From the NCBI RefSeq assembly GCF_009914755.1, contig NC_060932.1: 64,000 nucleotides of DNA. One strand, given 5' to 3'. How positions within the stretch are numbered: position 1 is the first letter of the stretch; each line of letters starts with the position of its first letter. Of this stretch, positions 47,039 through 64,000 are shown in pieces. Position numbers and translations under genes: made by a program. Source of the DNA: the human T2T-CHM13v2.0 reference genome, Homo sapiens. The notes beneath the pieces are model-generated. The model saw nothing but the letters and a program-made list of their open reading frames with translations, did not search any database and was not told the DNA's origin.

Positions 47039-47491
47039 TCAGTGGCAGCCAAGATGGCCAAATAGGAAGAGCTCCGGTCTACAGCTCCCAGCGTGAGTGA
47101 CGCAGAAGACGGGTGATTTCTGCATTTCCATCTGAGGTACCGGGTTCATCTCACTAGGGAGTGCCAGACAGTGGGTGCAGGTCAGTAGGTGCAGTGCACC
47201 ATGCGCAAGCTGAAGCAGGGCGAGGCATTGCCTCACTCGGGAAGTGCAAGGGGTCAGGGAGTTCCCTTTCCTAGTCAAAGAAAGGGGTGACAGACGGCAC
47301 CTGGAAAATCGGGTCACTCCCACCCTAATACTGCGCTTTTCCAACGGGCTTAAAAAACGGTGCACCAAGAGATTATATCCTGCACCTGGCTCGGAGGGTC
47401 CTACACCCACGGAGTCTTGCTGATTGCTAGCACAGCAGTCTGAGATCAAACTGCAAGGCAGCAGCAAGGCTAGGGGAGGGGCTCCCACCAT
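47039..47491 (-). CDS. L1 ORF0-like antisense ORF, 150 aa (extended)
   Basis: MVGAPPLALLLPCSLISDCCASNQQDSVGVGPSEPG resembles ORF0p; frame is open to a TGA in the TSD; translation unproven. Confidence 0.45.
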   Translation of the reverse strand: MVGAPPLALLLPCSLISDCCASNQQDSVGVGPSEPGAGYNLLVHRFLSPLEKRSIRVGVTRFSRCRLSPLSLTRKGNSLTPCTSRVRQCLALLQLAHGALHLLTCTHCLALPSEMNPVPQMEMQKSPVFCVTHAGSCRPELFLFGHLGCH

Positions 47492-48074
47492 TGCCCAGGC
47501 TTGCTTAGGTAAACAAAGAAGCCGGGAAGCTCCAACTGGGTGGAGCCCACCACAGCTCAAGGAGGCCTGCCTGCCTCTGTAGGCTCCACCTCTGGGGGCA
47601 GGGCACAGAAAAACAAAAAGACAGCAGTAACCTCTGCAGACTTACATGTCCCTGTCTGACAGCTTTGAAGAGAGCAGTGGTTCTCCCAGCACGCAGCTGG
47701 AGATCTGAGAATGGGCAGACTGCTTCCTCAAGTGGGTCCCTGACCCCTGACCCCCAAGCAGCCTAACTGGGAGGCACCCCCCGATAGGGGCAGACTGACA
47801 CCTCACACAGCCAGGTACTCTTCTGAGACAAAACTTCCAGAGGAATGATCAGACAGCAGCATTCGCAGTTCATGAAAACCCGCTGTTCTGCAGCCACCGC
47901 TGCTGATACCCAGGCAAACAGGGTCTGGAGTGGACCTCTAGCAAACTCCAACAGACCTGCAGCTGAGGGTCCTCTCTGTTAGAAGGAAAACTAACAAACA
48001 GAAAGGACATCCACACCAAAAACCCATCTGTACATCACCATCATCAAAGACCAAAAGTAGATAAAACCACAAAG
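47042..48074 (+). promoter_or_regulatory. L1 5' UTR internal sense and antisense promoter; YY1 motif at 47050-47058
   Basis: Established L1PA 5' UTR architecture; caagatggc seen directly. Confidence 0.8.
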
Positions 48075-49086
48075 ATGGGGAAAAAACAGAGCAGAAAAAC
48101 TGGGAACTCTAAAGAGCAGAGCGCCTCTCCTCCTCCAAAGGAACGCAGTTCCTCACCAGCAATGGAACAAAGCTGGACGGAGAATGACTTTGACGAGTTG
48201 AGAGAAGAAGGCTTCAGACAATCAAACTACTCCGAGTTACAGGAGGAAATTCAAACCAAAGGCAAAGAAGTTAAAAACTTTGAAAAAAATTTAGACGAAT
48301 GTATAACTAGAATAACCAATACAGAGAAGTGCTTAAAGGAGCTGATGGAGCTGAAAGCCAAGGCTCGAGAACTATGTGAAGAATGTAGAAGCCTCAGGAG
48401 CTGATGTGATCAACTGGAAGAAAGGGTATCAGTGATGGAAGATGAAATGATTGAAATGAAGCGAGAAGGGAAGTTTAGAGAAAAAAGAATAAAAGGAAAT
48501 GAACAAAGCCTCCAAGAAATATGGAACTATGTGAAAAGACCAAATCTACGTCTGATTGGTGTACCTGAAAGTGACAGGGAGAATGGAAACAAGTTGGAAA
48601 ACACAGTGCAGGATATTATCCAGGAGAAATTCCCCAATCTAGCAAGGCAGGCCAACATTCAGATTCAGGAAATACAGAGAACGCCACAAAGATACTCCTC
48701 GAGAAGAGCAACTCCAAGACACGTAGTTGTCAGATTCACCAAAGTTGAAATGAAGGAAAAAATGTTAAGGGCAGCCAGAGAGAAAGGTTGGGTTACCCAC
48801 AAAGGGAAGCCCGTCAGACTAACAGTGGATCTCTTGGCAGAAACTCTACAAGCCAGAAGAGAGTGGGGGCCAATATTCAACATTCTTATAGAATTTTCAA
48901 CCCAGAATTTCATATCCAGCCAAACTAAGCTTCATAAGTGAAGGAGAAATAAAATACTTTACAGACAAGCAAATGTGGAGAGATTTTGTCACCACCAGGC
49001 CTGCCCTAAAAGAGCTCCTGAAAGAAGCACTAAACATGGAAAGGAACAACCGGTACCAGCCACTGCAAAATCATGCCAAATTGTAA
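48075..49086 (+). pseudogene. L1 ORF1p, disrupted
   Basis: MGKKQSRKTGNSK...; premature TGA at 48402; frameshift near 48888. Confidence 0.95.
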
Positions 49087-49149
49087 AGACCATCGAGGCT
49101 AGGAAGAAATTGCATCAATTAATGAGCAAAATAACCAGCTAACATCATA

Positions 49150-53012
<3,863 letters not shown>

Positions 53013-53955
53013 ACAATGAGAACACATGGACACTGGAAGGAGAACATCACACTCTGGGTACTGTTGTGGGGTCGCGGGAGTGGGGAGGGATAGCATTAGG
53101 AGATATACCTAATGCTAAATGATGAGTTAATGGGTGCAGCACACCAGCATGGCACATGTATACATATGTAACTAACCTTCACTTTGTGCACATGTACCCT
53201 AAAAGTTAAAGTATAATAATAATAAAAAATAAAATAATATAAAAAAATAAAATAAAATAAAAACAATATCACCAGAGAGATGTCTTGTTTATTTCCACTT
53301 GTCTACATGAGACCAAGCAGGGGACTAATTCCTGTCCTCTGCAGGGCACAGAGGATAGTGCGTGATGAAACGTAGTGATGAACAACATGGTCCACTGATG
53401 ACCCTGCCCAAAATCATAACTAGAATATTTCCTAAAACATATATTATTCTTTCACTACTTTGTACATCACGTATTTAGTTTGTTAAATCTTTTACTTCAA
53501 AGGATAGATTTTCTTTTTGTTAATTTGTGCACATATGCATTTGTGAAGATTTAGAATTTATGGATATTTGTTATAATGTATTTCAAGCGAATAGAAAATA
53601 CAACATATACCCTTGTATCCAAATTGAATAAATGTTAACATTTGCCATTTTTGTTTCAGGTATGTTTTAATAAACTTGACTGATACCATTAAAGCAGCCT
53701 TGCATCTTGTTTTCTCCATTACCCCTCAAGTTGGGGTGTGTCCTTCTCCTCATGTGCTTATCTTATTAATGTATATGGAATTACATGTAGATTACAGATT
53801 TTTTAAATTTTTGTGTGTCTATTTACTATATTTTTCACTCATTATCAGTTTTCTTGTTTCCTACTTTTTGTGGGACTGATCAACTTTCTTCTCTACTGTC
53901 TTCATATTCTTTCTGCTAGTTAAAGATTATATATCTATTTCTCATCTTTCAATAG

Positions 53956-54221
<266 letters not shown>

Positions 54222-54871
54222 TGAAAACTCATGCTCTATATGATAAATACATACAATTTTATCAATTTTATAAAAATGATTTATTGTTTAAGGTATAAAA
54301 ATGAGATTGTGATTATGTTAAAAATAGGCTATATGTTTTAGAATGAATACTGGAATAGTTATTAATAAAAAAAGAAAATTATTTTCAAATTTTAAAAAAG
54401 ACATATACTTGATTTTAAAAAGTTAAACTAATTTAAAATTTTATCTTCTTTTTGAACACAATAAAGTCTTTATAGCAATCATCCCTCACCAATTTTTCAT
54501 GTTAATTTTGTCTAGTTTTTAGGTCTCCCTTATTTATTAGGGGCACAACTTAAAAAATATTTTTATAGCAGCTGATTACTTTGATGTGTCCACGTGCTTG
54601 TCAATGTCTTTGGTCACTATTCTAACATACTACTTTGGGTTCTATTTTCCTATTCCTGAAGAACATGCTTTAGTAGTTGTTTCACCAAAAACTTGTGAAC
54701 TCTTTAGTAGCTTTTTGTTACTCCGAATGTCTTTATTTCAGTCTCATTTTATAATAGTAGTTCAACTCAATAGTTATTCTAGTGTAACACTATTTTCTTC
54801 AGTGCATCATCATCTGGTGTCTATTGTTGCTGTCTGATGTTATCAATTGCATTAGGTTGGTAAGCATTCCC

Positions 54872-55948
54872 TATCAGGGGAAACCAGCCCCTGATATTTC
54901 AACGTAGGTTCTTTTCTATTTTCCCTAAGTGTCGACCGGTCTGAGAAATAAGGGGAAAGAGTACCAAAGAGAGAAATTTTAAAGCTGAGTGTCTGGGGGA
55001 GACATCACATGTCAGCAGGTTCCATGATGCCCCCCAAGCCACAAAACCAGCAAGTTTTTATTAGTGATTTTCAAAGGGGAGGGAGTGTATGAATAGAGTG
55101 TGGGTCACAGAGATCACATGCTTCACAAGGCAATAAAAAATATCACAAGGCAAATGGGGGCAGACCGAGATCACAAGACCAGGGTGAAATTAAAATTGCT
55201 AATGAAGTTTCATGTCCCACTGGGCATGCATTGTCATTGATAACATCTTATCAGGAGACACGGTTTGAGAGCAGACAACTGGTCTGACTAAAATTTACTA
55301 GGCAGGAATTTCCTCATCCTAATAGGCCTGGGAGCGCTACGGGAGACCAGGGCTTATTTCATCCCTTATCTGCAACTGTATAAGACAGACAGTCCCAGAG
55401 TGGCCATTTTAGAGACCTACCCCTGGGAATGCATTCTCTTTCTCAGGGCTGTTCCTTGGTGAGAAAAAGAATTCAGTGATATTTCTCCTATTCGCTTTTG
55501 TAAGAAGAGACATATGGCTCCGTTCCGCCCAGCTCTCAGGTAGTCAGACCTAATGGTTATCTCCCTTGTTCCCTGAACATCGCTGTTATCCTGTTCCTTT
55601 TTCAAGGTGCCCAGATTTCATATTGTTTAAACACACATGCTTTACAAACAATTTGTGCAGTTAAGCAATCATCACAGGGTCCTGAGGCCACATACATCCT
55701 CAGCTTATGAAGATGACAGGATTAAGAGATTAAAGTAAAGACAGGCATAGGAAATCACAAGAGTATTGATTGGGGAAGTGATAATCTTCACAATTTATGT
55801 TTAGAGATTGTAGTAAAGACAGGCATAAGAAATTATAAAAGTATTAATTTGGGGAACTAATAAATGTCCATGAAATCTTCACAATTTATGTTCCTCTGCC
55901 ATGGCTTCAGCCAGTCCCTCTTTTTGGGGTCCCTGACTTCCCTCAACA
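54872..55948 (-). mobile_element. MER11 (MER11C-like, HERVK11 family) solo LTR
   Basis: Reverse starts tgttgagggaagtcagggacccc; length 1077 bp; 6-bp TSD attccc at 54866 and 55949. Confidence 0.9.
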
Positions 55949-56099
55949 ATTCCCAAAAGCATGTGTGTATGAAGAAAATACTTGACTCACAGTTTCATAG
56001 GAAAACAATTGTATAGGTTCTTAAGTGGTTACACTACTACTGCATTTATCTTATCAAAATAATTCAAATTCCATTAAAATGTACATATATTGAATGCAT

Positions 56100-56285
56100 A
56101 TTGAAAGCCAGGGATTTTCATAAATTTATCCCATTTATTCTCACAATCTTAGGAAACTGTTTTAATATCTCTACACTTTACAGATGAGGAAACTGAAGCC
56201 CGTGGTGGTCAAGTAATTTACTTTTGATCACACAGCTGAGAAACGGCATTTGCCTGAGGTAACCTAGGTCTTCTAATTCTGAATC
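56100..56285 (-). mobile_element. MIR
   Basis: tttacagatgaggaaactgaagc core. Confidence 0.8.
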
Positions 56286-56809
56286 CAGTAGAGTTGCCTC
56301 TAGAGTCAATATTATGTATTTTAATCCCCTCACTTATTTTTATGACAGTGAAAGGAGATAGAATAATTGTAATTAAGATCAGAGGCACTGGTCACTCTCA
56401 TTTAAGAATCGCATGGTTTATGAGGAAATCTTCCTCACAGGGTTCAAGGTGGAAGTCAGACCTTGAAGCCCCAACATGCCCCTGAGGACTGAGCAAGCCG
56501 CTCTTCTTCAAAGCCTGAGAGACAGGAACTCAGCTGCTTGCTTGCATAATCATATTCATGAGTTTTAGATTCTGGGTAGTTTCCTTAGCTGCACGTTGAG
56601 AAATTGAAAAATGGCAAAATTAAAAATAAATGACCTTTGTAATACAGAAAAGCCTTTACTCTGGAGAAAAATGTAATTCAGTTTTCAGGCACATTCCACT
56701 TCTTTTATGATTTGAGGATATCACAAAGCATGCCAGCAAGTCTAAGGGGATGTATTTGGAGGAGTAGGTCATTTCTCAGGTAAAAAAGTGTTTTATTTAT
56801 GGTGTGCAA

Positions 56810-56940
56810 GCATGGGAATGAGAAGGTCTGGGTTTCAGCCTGGACCCTTGATCTGATTCGCTTTAAGGACAACCACAAGTCACTTAGACTCCATGGGCTT
56901 CAGTTTTTTCATTTGTAAAATGTAAAAGTCAAACTAGATA
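56810..56940 (+). mobile_element. MIR/MIR3
   Basis: caagtcactt...ttcagttttttcatttgtaaaatg. Confidence 0.65.
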
Positions 56941-57239
56941 TCTCTTTTAATAGGTGAGCTGAATATGTTTCCATTTATTGGAGAAACCTCAATCTTTTTA
57001 TGTTTTATTTACCATATTATGTATGCATGATTGTAAGTATGTAGGTAGAAAGTTTTTTTTTTTTTTTTTTTGCTTTCTTTTTTCCCTTTTCCTGACTTCT
57101 GTTAAACTGATATTGATTTAAATCTTCCTGGTCTTAATGTTTGTATGCCTGCATGTAGGTAGGTATTTGCCACTCACTTGAAAAATGTACCTATATTTTC
57201 TTCTATTAAAGATTACTTTTAATTTCTTCCTAATCTTTA

Positions 57240-59120
57240 AATTAAACTTTAAAAATATAATTGGATTCATGTACAGCTGTAGGAAATTATAAAGGAAGAG
57301 CTTGTGTACTTTTACCTTGTTTTCCCCAGTAATAACTATATCTTGCCGAACTATAGTACAATATTACAACCAGGATATTGACGTTATTGCAGCTAACATA
57401 CTGAACAATTTCATCAGCACAGGGATTCCTTCTGTTGCTCTTTTATAACTATATCCCCTTCCTCCTTTCCTTCCCAACCCCACCCTTGATCTCTGACAAT
57501 CCCTACTCTGTTCTCTGTTGTTATATGTTGTCATCTCAAGAATTTTTTACAAATGGACTCATACAGTATGTAAACATTTATGATTGGCTTTTGTCTTGCA
57601 GCATATATCAATCATTCATTTTTATTACTGTACTGGTAGTATTCCTTGATATGGGTGTACCATAGCTTATTTAAACAATTGCCTGTGAAAGGACATCTAT
57701 GTTGTTTACAGTTTTGGGCCATTACAAATAAAGCTGTTATGAACGTTTATGTAAAGGTTTTTATGTGAAAAAAAGTTTTCATTTCTCTGTGATAAATGCT
57801 CAAAAGTGTAATTTCTGGATACTATGGTATTTGCATATTTAGTTTTAAAATAACTTGCTAGACTGTTTTCCAGAGTAGTTGCACCATTGTACATTCCCAC
57901 CAGCAATATATGGGTGATCTAGTTTCTCTGCATCTTTGCCAGCATTTTTCATTATTGTCATTATTTCTTTATTTTAACCATTCTCATAAGTACATAGTAA
58001 TATATCATTGTGGTTTTAATTTGCATTTTCTGATGGCTAACAATGGAGAATAATGTTTTTTGTGCTTATCTGCCATCGGTGTATCCTCTTTGGTAAAATG
58101 TCTATTTGTGTCTTTTGCCAATTTTATATTTAGATTTTTTTGCTTTTCTTACTGTTGAATTTTGACAGTTCTTTATATTTTCTAGATACAACTTATTTGC
58201 TGAATATGTGGTTTGTAAATATTTTCTCAAAGTCTGTTGCTTCTCTCTTCATCCTCTTAATAGGGTCTTTCCCAAAGCATTTTTCCTTCCATGGATCATG
58301 CATTGCATGTCAAGTCTAAGAAGTCTTTGCCTAGCTATAGACACCAAATACTTTCTCCTGTGTTTTTTTTTCCCTAAAGCTTTTATAGTTTTACATTTTA
58401 CATTTAAGTCCATGATTCATGTCGAGCAAATTTTTGAATAAGAAAATTTAGGTCAAGCTTTATTTTTGCCCATGGATATCTAATAGTTCCCACACAATTT
58501 GTGAAAGGACTATTTTTCTACATTGAATTGCTTGTGCACCTTTGTCAATAATCAATTGGGTATAGTTGTGTGAATCTATTTCTGGATTCCCCTTTTTGTT
58601 CCACTCTTCTAAGTATCAATCTCTTCATCAGTACCACACTCTCATAACTACAACTATACAGTAAATCTTAATATTGGGTTGAATAATTCTTTCCACTTTA
58701 TTTTTTTGGAATTGTTTTACATATTTTAGGGGCTGTGCATTTTCATATATATTTTAGAAGAAGCTTATTTATGTCAACAAAATCCCTGATGGGATCTTGT
58801 TAAAAATTGCATCAAATCTACAGATCAGTTTGGGGGAAAATGATATCTTTACTTTCTTGAGTCTTCCAATGGCATGTATGTATGAACATGATGTCTCTTT
58901 ACTAATTTAGAACTTTTCTTTCTTTCATTGACATTTTATAATTTACAGCATAAAGATTCTGTATATGATTCTGTGCATATTATTCTGTAACCTTGCTTCA
59001 CTCACTTATTAGTTCTAGGAGAGTTTTTTTTTAATTCTTAGAATTTTTTCATATAGACAATTATGTCATCTGCAAATAGAAATGATTTTATTTCTTCCTT
59101 TCCAATTGGTATGCTTTTTA
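57240..59120 (-). mobile_element. L1MC1/2-like 3' portion
   Basis: actatagtacaatattacaaccaggatattgac 3' UTR followed by degenerate ORF2. Confidence 0.8.
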
Positions 59121-59459
59121 CTACACTCAATTTTTAGATTTCTAGAGAAATATACATTTCTTAATGAAGACTAAATTTATTCAATGCTATTTTCCTCCCT
59201 GAATGATAAGATGATGTCACGCTTTAACTGCCTCATGTTATTGTTTCTTAGAGTTTTTGTTCTACCTGCTTTAAACACACACACTAATTTTGGTTAATCT
59301 TTTTAATAAAATCAATAGTTCATTAAAATTATTGACACATCTTATCAGTTTCTGTGTTTGTTATCTTTTCTTGTAACAGGTACTTTCCTCTAGGTTCATT
59401 TTTCTTGTTGCTGAAGTAGTACCTTTACTAAGTGTTTTGTTTATTAATTGAAGGCCTAA

Positions 59460-63650
<4,191 letters not shown>

Positions 63651-64000
63651 CCAATTAAATGTGCACAGTTTAAAGTTCTTGTCACAACCATCATTTTTTA
63701 AAACTTGAAATAAATGTGTGTTCCAGTTGTTGATTTTGTTGACTTTCTTACTAAGAGAGCTTCATATTGTGAACTTTCCATATATTTTCAAATTTTAGCT
63801 GTTAAATTTGTTTCGAGTGGGAAGTTTTAGTTTTTCCCTCTTTTTCCTCCCAGATTCACCTTCTTCTGGTCTGGCATTCTTGGCAGCTTCCAGTATCCAC
63901 CCACCTTCACTGACTCTAGGCTTTCAGTTGAGAACCAGGTCTTACAGTGATTTTTCAGAGCTCTCTGCCTCTGATATTGTGGCTATCACAAACCAATCAC

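Overview
AT-rich, repeat-dominated primate (most likely human) genomic DNA. I could not identify any host protein-coding gene, RNA gene or CpG island. Every long ORF in the track comes from LINE-1 or Alu. The window holds a full-length but disabled L1PA3-like element (47042-53258), a twin-primed L1PA4-like element (33697-36585), a 15-kb nested stack of old L1M/MaLR/Alu insertions (16.3-31.9 kb), solo LTRs (MER61-like, MLT1A/B, THE1, MER11), about ten Alus, and MIR/L2 relics. The most notable signals are two apparent locally templated insertions that lack TSDs. (1) A 371-bp stretch at 1241-1611 is copied 43 kb downstream into an MLT1B LTR. (2) A 1.4-kb internal L1 ORF2 piece at 60793-62188 shares non-consensus variants with the full-length L1 11 kb upstream. 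These point to repair-associated copying in cis rather than a new gene system. Subfamily names come from recalled consensus sequences and need RepeatMasker/Dfam confirmation.
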